A stretch of DNA of 64,000 nt from an uncultured virus (IMG/VR IMGVR_UViG_3300039099_000002) (Duplodnaviria > Heunggongvirae > Uroviricota > Caudoviricetes), in the IMG/VR virus record IMGVR_UViG_3300039099_000002; one strand, given 5' to 3'. The notes beneath the pieces are model-generated. The model was not told the origin of the DNA. It did not search any database and was given only the letters and a program-made list of their open reading frames with translations. Shown here piece after piece: positions 1-9,612 of this stretch. The position numbers and the translations under genes are program-made. How positions within the stretch are numbered: the first letter of the stretch is position 1; each line of letters opens with the position of its first letter.

Positions 1-1
1 A

Positions 2-181
2 ATATCTGGAGAAGATATAGACATTGCTTTTAATGTCAAATATCTAATAGAAGGTTTGAAAGAATTACCATCTTCAGAAATTCAAATGCACTTAAATCAA
101 AGTTTAACTCCAGTAATTTTTACGCCTTTGGGTGGCTCAAAAATGACATATTTAGCTATGCCAGTACAAATAAGAGATTAG
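2..181 (+). CDS. dnaN: DNA polymerase III beta clamp, 3' end (partial)
   Basis: Frame 2 reads ISGEDIDIAFNVKYLIEGLKELPSSEIQMHLNQSLTPVIFTPLGGSKMTYLAMPVQIRD*, the cyanobacterial DnaN C-terminus. Confidence 0.92.
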   Translation: MSGEDIDIAFNVKYLIEGLKELPSSEIQMHLNQSLTPVIFTPLGGSKMTYLAMPVQIRD

Positions 182-183
182 TG

Positions 184-230
184 TTTATCAATCTCGATGA
201 TTATTTATTGCAATCATCGAGATTGATAAA
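184..230. terminator. 19-bp perfect hairpin downstream of dnaN
   Basis: TTTATCAATCTCGATGATT-9nt-AATCATCGAGATTGATAAA. Confidence 0.6.
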
Positions 231-277
231 GATGATCACAAAAGATTGGTCAAAAAAGCCGAGAAAAGGAGAATAGC

Positions 278-571
278 GTGTTAAAAACATTCATAAAAAG
301 ACCTGTAAAAGTGCAAGCTATACAATTTACTGCTGAAAACAAGGACGCTGTATATTCTTGGGCGAGAACAGTTCAGTCCAATGTCTACCATGATCGAGAC
401 ATCGAAGAAAGCCCCATTCTAAGGATACCAACTCTTGAGGGAGAAATGGTGTGTTCAATTGGCGACTATCTAATAGTTGAGCCATTCCCAACGGATTGGC
501 GGAAGCTATACCCTTGCAAAAAATCAATATTTGAACAAAGCTATGATATTGCCGAAAGCAGCATCCAATGA
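278..571 (+). CDS. small phage protein, PGDYG-like family
   Basis: KRPVKVQAIQF ... IPTLEGEMVCSIGDYLI ... YPCKKSIFEQSY motif pattern; AGGAG upstream of GTG. Confidence 0.7.
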   Translation: MLKTFIKRPVKVQAIQFTAENKDAVYSWARTVQSNVYHDRDIEESPILRIPTLEGEMVCSIGDYLIVEPFPTDWRKLYPCKKSIFEQSYDIAESSIQ

Positions 572-702
572 TCGCTGTATTGCTGACCAAAAAAAAGAGC
601 ATTAATTTAATGCTCTTTTTTTATTATTAGTATTGCCCGATATTATAATGCTGATTCATTTCTAGTGTCTTTACTAGCCAGCAATTCGTATGGGTCAAAA
701 AT

Positions 703-1023
703 TTATTCGTCTTCGTAATACTCCTCCTCGTCGCAATGGCAAAATATATCGCCGTATCCGCCCAAGCTATACCCTATATCTCTGTATAGCTTTTGGTAGA
801 CTTCGCTACTTTCTGTATATCCCGAATTTTGTAGGTCTATAATCAATTTGTTTACCCCAACCTCGTCAGCCATTTTTATAACTTCTGGGTTTTCTTCCCA
901 CCTTAAAACATTGTATTCGTCTAGAATAATTTTATGATCGTGGTGTTTTTCGTTATCAAGAATCTCTGCGTATCATTCAATTTTATAAACTTCGTCGCGG
1001 GTTACGTAATTTTTGCTAGTCAT
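703..1023 (-). pseudogene. disrupted hypothetical phage gene
   Basis: MTSKNYVTRDEVYKIE*YAEILDNEK then a frameshift at an A6 run into HHDHKIILDEYNVLRWEENPEV...GYSLGGYGDIF; lies behind a class I promoter. Confidence 0.55.
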
Positions 1024-1062
1024 TGTTTTTTGTTTGGTGTTTTGTTTATTTTCTATATATCT

Positions 1063-1091
1063 ATAATACTATGGCTAACAAAAAAAGTCAA
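1063..1091 (-). promoter_or_regulatory. class I repeated sigma70-type promoter
   Basis: TTGACT-17-TATTAT with GTTAGCCA in spacer; near-identical copies elsewhere. Confidence 0.7.
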
Positions 1092-1211
1092 CCCTATTTT
1101 GAAACTATTTTTTGCGCTTTTGTAGCCAAGTAATTAATTGGTTTTTAACCAAAAATAACCACACTGAAAACAGGGATTCAGTGTGGTTATTTAATTAAAG
1201 CTGTGCTTGCT

Positions 1212-1688
1212 TTACAGTGAATCTTTATTTTCAATGAACCACTTAGCACTGGTGGTCTTAGTCAACGTTTCAGGAATTTCTCCGTTGGCTTTGTTGAATT
1301 TAGCGATCGCTTTTTCCCGGATAGATAAAGCCCAGTCAATTTGTTTTTGACTGCCTTCTAGCTCTGGTAATGTATTTGCTTGTTCGCCAACTATTAATGC
1401 GCTCAGATTTTGGGATTCTTCCACAACCTCGCCATTAGCAATTTTCAAATAACCTTTCACAAGTTTCGTGTTGTCTGCGCCACCAGCTTCAACAAAACGG
1501 TAAATACCGTCGGGAAGATTGTCAATCCTTATCTGCACTGTGTGGCATTTATTGCGGTGCGCCCTTTCTTGGTTTTCTTCATCTATGGGAGTCCCATAAT
1601 CATTATGGTGAAAGGTTTTGCCCTCTTCTACAAGATAGGCATTGATTGCTTTCATTCTGCAGGACGTTAGCTGAACGTATTTTTCCAT
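1212..1688 (-). CDS. hypothetical phage protein, N-terminal domain paralogous to 62970..63575
   Basis: ORF; C-terminal LPELEGSQKQIDWALSIR motif common in phage proteins. Confidence 0.7.
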   Translation of the reverse strand: MEKYVQLTSCRMKAINAYLVEEGKTFHHNDYGTPIDEENQERAHRNKCHTVQIRIDNLPDGIYRFVEAGGADNTKLVKGYLKIANGEVVEESQNLSALIVGEQANTLPELEGSQKQIDWALSIREKAIAKFNKANGEIPETLTKTTSAKWFIENKDSL

Positions 1689-1974
1689 TTTGTTTTTTGT
1701 GTTTTGATTTTTTTGCTTTTGGGTTTAGAGATCGCTGGCTGGAAACTATTTATTTTTCAAATTTTTTATCACCTTTGTGCAACGCGTAATCATCATCAAC
1801 CATTTCAAATTTAAATAAATCCTCTTCGTTTCTCGTGGCATTCAAAAACTCAATAATAAAGAATAGTTAACGTGCTGTAAAATTAGCAAGTCAGAGAAGC
1901 CACTAGGTGTGTTTAAGTATTTCGTCTTAATTATCTTCACAAATTGTCTTCTTGTATTTTAATTGGTAAGAACA

Positions 1975-2343
1975 TCAAAATATAATTTTTGTTGGACAAT
2001 GATCTACATATTCTTTTTCTGGAAATAAAGTAAGAGTGTTGCCATCCCAATCTAGGCAGATTTCCCACCTCTCACCATACTTTTTAACTGTAGAAATAGA
2101 TAATCTATTTGATGTTATTCCAGTAAAAGCAATTCTTTCTCCAGGTCGCAACTCAATTCCGTTTATTAAGCAGTTGTCTATTTCTTTTTTTTGATCCCCT
2201 TCTTGCTTTATCTGCCATGGCGTTCCAGGTGATGCAAGTCCATGTTTATTGGTGGGAGGATTTAAAGAGAAAATTGTGAAATTAAACATTTGGGTTTTGC
2301 TGTTTGTGTTTTTATTTTGTGCGGTTTTGATTTTGTTTTGCAC
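1975..2343 (-). CDS. hypothetical protein (start may be ATG near 2289)
   Basis: ORF behind a TTGACT promoter-like site. Confidence 0.5.
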   Translation of the reverse strand: MQNKIKTAQNKNTNSKTQMFNFTIFSLNPPTNKHGLASPGTPWQIKQEGDQKKEIDNCLINGIELRPGERIAFTGITSNRLSISTVKKYGERWEICLDWDGNTLTLFPEKEYVDHCPTKIIF

Positions 2344-2519
2344 ACTTACAATATATACAATTACTCCTATAAAGTCAATACAAAATTAGATAAAGTGTCC
2401 GTACATTAGCGTTATTCAGTTATGTTTGTAAAACCGAGAAACCAGACTAAATATTTAAAAATAACCGCACTTAGAATTTTCAGTGCGGTTATTTTTAAAC
2501 TCAATAATTTGTGAATTGC

Positions 2520-3011
2520 TTAATCTATTTGATTTAATTTTTTGAGCTTTTCCCACATTGGCAAATCGCCTCGATAAAGGAGTCTATAAAACAATGGGAA
2601 CTCCTTTTCATACATTCGGACGAGGTTTCGTTTATTTGCCGCCAAACTAGCCTCTGTGTTGGCTATCCTGTCGGCTAATTTAACAATTATAGCTTTCTTG
2701 TTGGACAATATTTTTGGTGCTGTTTTTATAAACTTTTCCTGCCTGTTTTCCCCTGGTTCACTGGAAACCGCCCAAACGATATCTGCTATTTCTTTGCCAA
2801 ACTCAAAAAACAAAGTTAAATGGCTGGTATTAGTGTCTTCTATCGTGTCGTGCAGCCAAGCTGCGGACATAATTTCATCTTCCTCTGCATAACCATACTC
2901 AGTCAAAACACTTACCACATGATTTAAGTGAATTATGTATGGCACACTCTCATACTTTTGGTTGTCATGCTTAAATATTGCAAATTGTTTTGCTTGATTC
3001 TGAATTGACAT
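2520..3011 (-). CDS. HD-domain RelA/SpoT-type small alarmone hydrolase (Mesh1/SAH-like)
   Basis: HDNQKY..PYIIHL, AAWLHDTIEDT, VKLADRIAN motifs. Confidence 0.85.
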   Translation of the reverse strand: MSIQNQAKQFAIFKHDNQKYESVPYIIHLNHVVSVLTEYGYAEEDEIMSAAWLHDTIEDTNTSHLTLFFEFGKEIADIVWAVSSEPGENRQEKFIKTAPKILSNKKAIIVKLADRIANTEASLAANKRNLVRMYEKEFPLFYRLLYRGDLPMWEKLKKLNQID

Positions 3012-3395
3012 AAATTATCTTCGGTTTTTTACATTTTAATTAGTAAAAATAAACTAGATTTATTAATCTGTTTAGGCTTGAGCTTGATATTTCTATTAGT
3101 CTTTGTTTATTTTTATCTTTTGACATAAAAACAATAAAACGAAAGTAAGTGTTTTCTTGGGGAGTATTTATTGCTGGTTTTACCTGCTCTATCTCACATC
3201 CATAGATGTGGGCATTTGTGTCTTTATTGTGCTTCGTTTTATTTGCTTTAGCTCGACTTCCATTAAGTCAGCTAATTTGGAAATATCCTGTGACATTGAC
3301 GCATTTTGCATATAGGCATCCTGTTTTTATTTAAAATTGTTAATTATTTGATCTACTTGGGCAGCAAAAATATAATTTCAATGCCCAAATAATTT

Positions 3396-3602
3396 TTACA
3401 TTTCGTTGTATGCGGCGATCGCGTCCTCTAGGCTTGACCCTTCGTAATTACCCCAATCGCCACGACGATTTGTTACTTTGTAGGTAACATTTGATTTTTC
3501 AGGAACAACAATAATAGTCATTTCTCTGTTTTTCTCTCTAGCAAAGAGTGTTTCAATTCTATAATCCTGAAAATGATTGATATTTAAGTCTAAGTTTTTC
3601 AA
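3396..3602 (-). CDS. hypothetical protein
   Basis: ORF with AGGAGG upstream of TTG. Confidence 0.6.
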   Translation of the reverse strand: MKNLDLNINHFQDYRIETLFAREKNREMTIIVVPEKSNVTYKVTNRRGDWGNYEGSSLEDAIAAYNEM

Positions 3603-3617
3603 CTTTTAGTCCTCCTT

Positions 3618-4112
3618 TTACTGCTTGTACCGATCTGCCAAAGAGTCTAAAAACTCATTTACTTCTTTTGATGATAAATCGCCATTGGAAACAATATTTG
3701 CATAACCGATAACACAATTATTTAGTGTTCTCTGAATTTTTGGCGGCAAATCTTTATACTTACATCCATTGAATTTGAATTGAACCACATTTAATCCGGT
3801 CAGCACAAATTTATTATGGAAGTAATTCTCTACGGCTTTTATTCTCTGCCTTCCATCAATAATTTTGTATTTATGATATCCTACTTCAGAGAAAATAAGC
3901 TGTGGAACAGGGAGATTAATAATAAATGATTCGATTAATTTGGATTTTTTAATGTTATCCCAATCATTATTATTTTCACCAAGATCAATAATATTCTTGT
4001 CATTCTTTGTCATTTCTATAAGTTCTATTAACTTAATATGCCCACTTTCTTGAAGCAATCTTTCTTCTCCGTGAGCGTATTTTGCAATAATTACTTTGTC
4101 TTTGTCTGACAT
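3618..4112 (-). CDS. DUF262 (ParB/GmrS-like) domain protein
   Basis: W...KSKLIESFIINLPVPQL and IIDGRQR motifs. Confidence 0.8.
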   Translation of the reverse strand: MSDKDKVIIAKYAHGEERLLQESGHIKLIELIEMTKNDKNIIDLGENNNDWDNIKKSKLIESFIINLPVPQLIFSEVGYHKYKIIDGRQRIKAVENYFHNKFVLTGLNVVQFKFNGCKYKDLPPKIQRTLNNCVIGYANIVSNGDLSSKEVNEFLDSLADRYKQ

Positions 4113-4169
4113 AATATATTTTCCTTGGATAAATTTTGACTTTTTGGCTTGACTTTATTTACTACATCT

Positions 4170-4198
4170 ATAATACTATGGTCAACAAATAAAGTCAA
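4170..4198 (-). promoter_or_regulatory. class I repeated promoter
   Basis: TTGACT-17-TATTAT, spacer GTTGACCA. Confidence 0.7.
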
Positions 4199-4200
4199 GC

Positions 4201-4240
4201 GTCAAGAATCACCGTGCCTTTAGGTCGGTGAGTGTGTCAA
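4201..4240 (+). mobile_element. isolated IS200/IS605-family right-end remnant
   Basis: AAGAATCACCGTGCCTTTAGGTCGGTGAGTGTGTCAA: subterminal hairpin ending in TCAA, same style as 61940-61974. Confidence 0.65.
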
Positions 4241-4623
4241 TATTCAACCATGTCTTCCGTGATAGGTTTCCAATAAATATCAACATCATCGCTAGAAATT
4301 ATTCCTAAGTCGTCCTGAGCGATTTCTAAAGCTTTTTCTGCGGCTTCTTTCCATTTTTTTGCGTTGACCTCAACCGTCATTGACAATTCTGCGGTTTGAT
4401 TAACTTCCCATTCCCCATCACCACAATCGCTGCAATTATCTTCCGTGATAGTTTGCCAGAACTCCTCAAAATCTTGAACTATATTATGCAGTATTTCAAT
4501 ATCTTCTTGGATTTCAGGCGCAGCTTTCTTGGCTGCTTTTTCCCATGTTTTGCAATCGTTTACTGTGATAGAGCCAGTAATTTCACAGATGCAGGTAACT
4601 GTGTAGCTAGTTAAATTTTTCAT
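4237..4623 (-). CDS. acidic hypothetical protein with internal duplication
   Basis: WEKAAKKA..IQED / WKEAAEKA..AQDD and WQTITED / WKPITED repeats. Confidence 0.7.
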   Translation of the reverse strand: MKNLTSYTVTCICEITGSITVNDCKTWEKAAKKAAPEIQEDIEILHNIVQDFEEFWQTITEDNCSDCGDGEWEVNQTAELSMTVEVNAKKWKEAAEKALEIAQDDLGIISSDDVDIYWKPITEDMVEY

Positions 4624-4649
4624 TGTTTTTGTTTTTGTTTACTTCATCT

Positions 4650-4678
4650 ATAATACTTTGGTTAACACCAAAAGTCAA
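4650..4678 (-). promoter_or_regulatory. class I repeated promoter
   Basis: TTGACT-17-TATTAT, spacer GTTAACCA. Confidence 0.7.
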
Positions 4679-4783
4679 GCATTTTTAAGTGGAATATTTG
4701 CAGTATTTTTATGCAAAAACGATACCTGTTTAAAATGGTGGAACTTGCTTGCTTCCGACCATTTTAAACAGGCATCAAACCTA

Positions 4784-4984
4784 TTAAATTGATAACAGAC
4801 AACCCCATCTCTGCGTTAGGGGTTCTGCGTCCTGCCACCCCATCATATCAAGAAACTTAGTTTGTCCGCCAGGATTAGGCTCAAATTCTTCAAACAGCGT
4901 GATCTTACTCTCACCTTGGGATTCTACCGACAAGGCTTGCTGTGTTGATGATTCAAGATTTAGTAACGTTCCCCAGGATGGCAT
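4784..4984 (-). pseudogene. possible N-terminal stub of terminase large subunit
   Basis: FEPNPGGQTKFL...RWGCLL resembles the pre-Walker-A segment of TerL; the frame stops where Walker A would start. Confidence 0.35.
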
Positions 4985-5043
4985 ACGGTGTCATGGTATT
5001 TTGGGGAGTTTTCCCCTAGTAAAAAATACTTTTAATTTAGGGG

Positions 5044-5072
5044 TTGACAATATTTTGTTAGACTGTTACTAT
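5044..5072 (+). promoter_or_regulatory. class II repeated promoter
   Basis: TTGACA-17-TACTAT followed by GAGTGAGAG. Confidence 0.7.
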
Positions 5073-5112
5073 TTGGGAGTGAGAGTTCAGATAACTAGCA
5101 GGAATTAGAGAA

Positions 5113-5319
5113 ATGCTGACAATACATGAAAAAGACTTTAACAACAGCTATGGCAGCCACAGCACAACCATAGAATCAATAGAACAATTAATAGACACAT
5201 TCAATGGATGGATTGATGTTATTCTTGTGACAAATGATAACAATAGAATTAAAGCAAAATTCTTTATTCAAAGCCAAGGTAAAAAAGGGAGTATTTTCCA
5301 GTACACAATTTGCATATAA
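5113..5319 (+). CDS. hypothetical protein
   Basis: ORF between class II promoter and hairpin at 5325-5350. Confidence 0.6.
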   Translation: MLTIHEKDFNNSYGSHSTTIESIEQLIDTFNGWIDVILVTNDNNRIKAKFFIQSQGKKGSIFQYTICI

Positions 5320-5407
5320 AACCAAAAGCACACCTCATGAGGTGTGCTTTCTTCATCCCTACGAAAATTGTGAGAGTCCAACAGGAATATTAGGAGTATA
5401 ACACACA

Positions 5408-5626
5408 ATGGACGAGAATTTAAAAAAAGCCCAAGCTACTTACGAAAAATCTGAAAAAGGGAAGGCGCGAAGAAAGAGATACCGTGAAAAACCCGAAGTC
5501 AGGGAACGCGAGCGAGAATTAGACCGCGAACGCAAGGATGCTAAACGGGAGTATATGCGAGAGTATATGCGACTGAAGCGGGCAAAATTAAAGGAGAAAA
5601 TCAAGAAAGAAAAACAAGGTGAATAA
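5408..5626 (+). CDS. basic, charged helical hypothetical protein
   Basis: ORF with AGGAG RBS. Confidence 0.6.
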   Translation: MDENLKKAQATYEKSEKGKARRKRYREKPEVRERERELDRERKDAKREYMREYMRLKRAKLKEKIKKEKQGE

Positions 5627-5700
5627 CGCAGTGAACCCTCTATTTTGAGGGTATTTTTTTTGGTCACCAAAAAATATTTTAAAAGGCTTTCCAAAACCCC

Positions 5701-5729
5701 TTGACGAATATTCGTTAGACTGTTACTAT
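5701..5729 (+). promoter_or_regulatory. class II repeated promoter
   Basis: TTGACG-17-TACTAT followed by GAGTGAGAG. Confidence 0.7.
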
Positions 5730-5766
5730 ATAAGAGTGAGAGAAAAAAACAGCAGGAGAAAGAACA

Positions 5767-6090
5767 ATGTTTATTACATTTGAAACCACAGAAGAAACAA
5801 AGATCACAATTGACATTACTGGAGCAACTAATTGGTGTGATGATCAGCTAGTGACTGAAGCTTGTGAGCAATTAGGAATAGACTGCGTTGGCTATCAAGA
5901 TAGAACCAAAAAATTGAAAAAAGGGGTAACAGTAACCCCAATAGACTGGAGACCATTAAGAGTGGAAAGCAGACAATGGCTCACACTGAAAAGACGACCA
6001 CTCAGATACAAAATTGACTACTGGTATTTTTATGATATCATTGGTAATAAAAAATATCCTGAAGTACCAGTAGAATACAAGCCAATATAG
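5767..6090 (+). CDS. hypothetical protein
   Basis: ORF with AGGAG RBS behind class II promoter. Confidence 0.65.
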   Translation: MFITFETTEETKITIDITGATNWCDDQLVTEACEQLGIDCVGYQDRTKKLKKGVTVTPIDWRPLRVESRQWLTLKRRPLRYKIDYWYFYDIIGNKKYPEVPVEYKPI

Positions 6091-6274
6091 AAAAATAGAA
6101 GTTTTTAAGTGAATTATGGGGTGAACTATACAAATTGCACACCAATTTAGAATCAAGTGCGATCGCTAAAATTGGCGCGTCGTTCTCTGAGAAAGCGACA
6201 TTACAAGACTTCTTACCATTTCCAGATACAGTTGGGTTTAATTTAGTTACTAACCAGGGAGTGTAAGTTTTCAT
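6038..6274 (-). CDS. hypothetical protein
   Basis: ATGA overlap with upstream ORF 6271..6642. Confidence 0.4.
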   Translation of the reverse strand: MKTYTPWLVTKLNPTVSGNGKKSCNVAFSENDAPILAIALDSKLVCNLYSSPHNSLKNFYFSILACILLVLQDIFYYQ

Positions 6275-6642
6275 CTTCTATTCCTCGTTGCATAATGCCA
6301 CTGAACCCAAGTCTTAAAGCAAGCAAAATGAAATACGAGAAAACCATAATTCCACCAATCTATATAAACCCATTTCCAATGAAGCAGAGTTAGTTGAAAC
6401 TTTACCTCAAACCCATCAATAACTTGCCCGTTATACCTGCCCCTTGGCAATTTCATTTTTGAATCACCTGCTAAATCAGGTTCAATAAGAAAAAGTTTTT
6501 CATACTCCATCCTTGATAGATTAAAAGATGCAATACAAAAATATCCAAAAGGTCTTATCAAATCTTGAAGTCCACTGAAGGTAATAAGGTAGTTATTGAC
6601 TCGGACAAATATTTGACCACAAGAATTAATTTCTATTTTCAT
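6271..6642 (-). CDS. hypothetical protein
   Basis: ORF with GAGG RBS. Confidence 0.5.
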   Translation of the reverse strand: MKIEINSCGQIFVRVNNYLITFSGLQDLIRPFGYFCIASFNLSRMEYEKLFLIEPDLAGDSKMKLPRGRYNGQVIDGFEVKFQLTLLHWKWVYIDWWNYGFLVFHFACFKTWVQWHYATRNRR

Positions 6643-6707
6643 GACACCCTCGCTGGATTAAGCCGAACTTCATAACCACAATTAATTAAGTTTCATTTTT
6701 CTACGGG

Positions 6708-6992
6708 TTATTTACTTATTCCAACAGTTTCCACTGCTGGCTTTGAACACTTAAAGCAGAGTTTAGCCTGTTGGATATTATTAGGCGGGTCGAACATCTC
6801 GCAGTCATAAACGACTGTATAGGCGGCTTCGACGTGCTTGCTGCCTCTGGCTTTGCAAAATTCGCAAGTATGGGCAAAAGCCCCGCCGCTGTAACAGGTA
6901 TGTCCTATTAGTTCCTCTAGCGAAGGAAGATTGTCTAGGACTTTAAGCCATGTCCTCATATCTAAAATCCTAGATTTGTGCAATTTAGCCAT
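6708..6992 (-). CDS. hypothetical protein, putative Zn-binding
   Basis: CEFC and CFKC pairs. Confidence 0.6.
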   Translation of the reverse strand: MAKLHKSRILDMRTWLKVLDNLPSLEELIGHTCYSGGAFAHTCEFCKARGSKHVEAAYTVVYDCEMFDPPNNIQQAKLCFKCSKPAVETVGISK

Positions 6993-7121
6993 ACCCTTTT
7001 AAAACTAAGCTAAAGCTGATACATTAAAACGGAAGCGACTGATCTGAACTCCACTTTTCAGAAATCTTTTTTGATTCATTCCAGTACAAGTAAAAATGGA
7101 AAATAATCACCATTTGCATAT

Positions 7122-7532
7122 TTAAATTATAAGCGAAAAACAATAGCAATTTTCCTGGACTTGGGGTATTGGGTTTAGGGTTGAATAAGTGCCGGACTTA
7201 CGGATACTTGGCAATACCTGTGATGTTACCCACCGCTTAAACTCTTTAGCTTGTGGTTTATGGCTTCCAAAGATACAAGCATATAATCCAGACTCATTAA
7301 TGATTGAAACTTTGAAAGTATTGCTATTAAAGGATTCCGCCAAAATGGCGGAGTCTATTTTCTTTGGATTAATTATGTCTTTATCTTCAGCGTCCACAAG
7401 ATTCAGCATTTTTGATAAATCAGCATAATCAAAAATTTCCGCGACATCCTTGGCTACAAACCAGGGTTCACCGTCAATCACTAAAATACGGACTTGATTG
7501 TTATTAAAATTAAAAGCTGTTAAACTAGTCAT
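7122..7532 (-). CDS. BRO-N domain antirepressor-like protein (possibly C-terminally truncated)
   Basis: FNFNNNQVR..DGEPWFVAKDV, INESGLY, AKEFKRWVT..VLPSIRKSGTY. Confidence 0.9.
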   Translation of the reverse strand: MTSLTAFNFNNNQVRILVIDGEPWFVAKDVAEIFDYADLSKMLNLVDAEDKDIINPKKIDSAILAESFNSNTFKVSIINESGLYACIFGSHKPQAKEFKRWVTSQVLPSIRKSGTYSTLNPIPQVQENCYCFSLII

Positions 7533-7687
7533 GTTGTCCTGTTAGTTAGGTTAACGCCAGCGATAAGACTTCGTGGGTGGCTGTTCCCACCTTTTGAAGT
7601 GCTGGTTATCTCAATTATACCACGTAATCGCCAATATAACTACACATATTGATATAATAATCATGTACTTTATTTGATAGCCAGGAC

Positions 7688-8599
7688 ATGATCAATCAAG
7701 TTATTCATGGTGATTGTTTTGAAGTTTTAAAAGATATTCCTGACGGTTCTATTGACGCGGTAATCACAGACCCGCCTTATGGTATTGGACTAGCTAAATG
7801 GGATTCTGTGGTTGATATTCCACTGTTTACCAAAGAAGTAAAACGAGTCACCAATGGCTTTTATGCGTTCTTTGGACAAATGCCAACTATCGTTAATTGG
7901 ATTAATTCAGCTAATAATGAAAAGCTACATTATTGCGAACATATCTCATGGGTGAAAAGAGGTGTAGTGCAATCTCCAAGACTTTTTAGATCACACGAAG
8001 ATATTATTATTTATACTTTAAACAAGAAAAAATTTTATAAAACAACAGGAAGATATGAAGATGTTAAACTACCAGGAATTTTAGTAGATATTATCACACT
8101 TCAGGGAATTGATAGATACATAAAGGATCTCAGACTGAAACTCAAAACAGGAGATAATCACAGTCACCGTATTCAGTCTGTGTCAAAGCTACCAGAATAT
8201 AGAAGATTTGCCAGTGCTGGAGATAGAAGTCCAGAATTTGCTAACTTCACAAATGTGTGGTCTTTTTTGCCTCCGCCGCAAAGCAAGCGTCCTGATTATC
8301 AAAATAATCCTGGGATATATCACCCCACGGGAAAACCATTAGAAATCATGAAGCGACTGGTAGAAATGCTTACCCCTGAAGGTGGTACAGTCCTTGACCC
8401 CTTCGCCGGCAGTGGAACAACCGCACTAGCCTGTAAAGAACTCGGCAGAAACTATATCTGCATTGAGAAAGAACGTGAATATGTTGACATTATTCACCAA
8501 CGCCTAAACACACCCATTGCTGAGAGGGGATTAAGTGTAGAAGAACAGGTAGAGATTGAGAAGATTAAACCCGGTTATCAGCAGTTGTCATTGTTTTAA
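7688..8599 (+). CDS. site-specific DNA methyltransferase (N6/N4, beta class)
   Basis: TDPPY, HPTGKP, VLDPFAGSGTT motifs. Confidence 0.93.
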   Translation: MINQVIHGDCFEVLKDIPDGSIDAVITDPPYGIGLAKWDSVVDIPLFTKEVKRVTNGFYAFFGQMPTIVNWINSANNEKLHYCEHISWVKRGVVQSPRLFRSHEDIIIYTLNKKKFYKTTGRYEDVKLPGILVDIITLQGIDRYIKDLRLKLKTGDNHSHRIQSVSKLPEYRRFASAGDRSPEFANFTNVWSFLPPPQSKRPDYQNNPGIYHPTGKPLEIMKRLVEMLTPEGGTVLDPFAGSGTTALACKELGRNYICIEKEREYVDIIHQRLNTPIAERGLSVEEQVEIEKIKPGYQQLSLF

Positions 8600-8715
8600 G
8601 ACTACATCTTCATTTAAATAAAGCATAAAAAATGGGGTGATAGTTCACCCCATTTTTTTAACCTACTTTCATGCTTTTCTTGAATTTACTAGCATTAGTA
8701 CAGGTTGTTAGTTGG

Positions 8716-8931
8716 TTAGTCAGGGGCATTTTGAATCAACCATTGAATGTCCCCCTCATAGAGTTCCTGGTCTTCAGAGAACTCGACCTCAAGATGACAA
8801 GCTTTGACAGCTTCACCTAGCAATTGTTTTGTTTGGCTCTGATCAGACATCCAAAATGTCCAGTTTTTTTGATTACCTAATTCAACCATTTTTGCAAAAA
8901 TTTCTTTTGCATATTCACACACATTTTTCAT
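8716..8931 (-). CDS. hypothetical protein
   Basis: ORF from MKNVCEY behind class II promoter. Confidence 0.6.
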   Translation of the reverse strand: MKNVCEYAKEIFAKMVELGNQKNWTFWMSDQSQTKQLLGEAVKACHLEVEFSEDQELYEGDIQWLIQNAPD

Positions 8932-8965
8932 GGTTTTACCTTTATTTCTCAACTCTCACTCTTAT

Positions 8966-8994
8966 ATAGTAACAGGATAACAAATATCTGTCAA
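8966..8994 (-). promoter_or_regulatory. class II repeated promoter
   Basis: TTGACA-17-TACTAT followed by GAGTGAGAG. Confidence 0.7.
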
Positions 8995-9270
8995 GGGGTT
9001 TTTTAGGGAAAATTTAAAATAAAATTATGATCAATGACTTAACTCCTCAGTGTAGTGAATACAGAATATTCCTCTCATAGGAAAGTTAAAGTTACCTCCC
9101 AAGAGTGCTAAGGATTAAAATATTTGTCCTATTCAGGGAATATGTGGCATCTCAAGACATAGAAACACTAAAGAGGATAGCTCTAATTAGTAACCCAGTG
9201 CATAAGGACACTGGGTTATTTCATGTTGCCTAAGTCCTAAAAAATTTCCAAAAAAACTTTTTAAAACCCC

Positions 9271-9299
9271 TTGACAAATATTTGTTATCCTGTTACTAT
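9271..9299 (+). promoter_or_regulatory. class II repeated promoter
   Basis: TTGACA-17-TACTAT followed by GAGTAAGAG. Confidence 0.7.
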
Positions 9300-9327
9300 A
9301 AAAGAGTAAGAGAAAAACAGGAAAAAC

Positions 9328-9612
9328 ATGAAATTATCTGCATTAGTATTACAAAATATCCAGCACACAGCAAATGTTCTTGGTATGTTTCAAAATGGTA
9401 TTATTACCGTCCCTAGTGGAACTGTAATCAAATTAGCGTTTGTATTTAACAGGAAATACAAAGCAGAAGATGTTTTGCCAGAAATATATAGCCATATAGA
9501 GATTTACAACAATTACAAGGTGGTCTCCCCGCCTGAATCTACCGTCAAAGATGATGAGGATGAGCTATGGATTTCTATATCTATAGAAATATCCAAAGGT
9601 GTTGAATGTTAA
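9328..9612 (+). CDS. hypothetical protein
   Basis: ORF between class II promoter and hairpin at ~9629-9659. Confidence 0.65.
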   Translation: MKLSALVLQNIQHTANVLGMFQNGIITVPSGTVIKLAFVFNRKYKAEDVLPEIYSHIEIYNNYKVVSPPESTVKDDEDELWISISIEISKGVEC

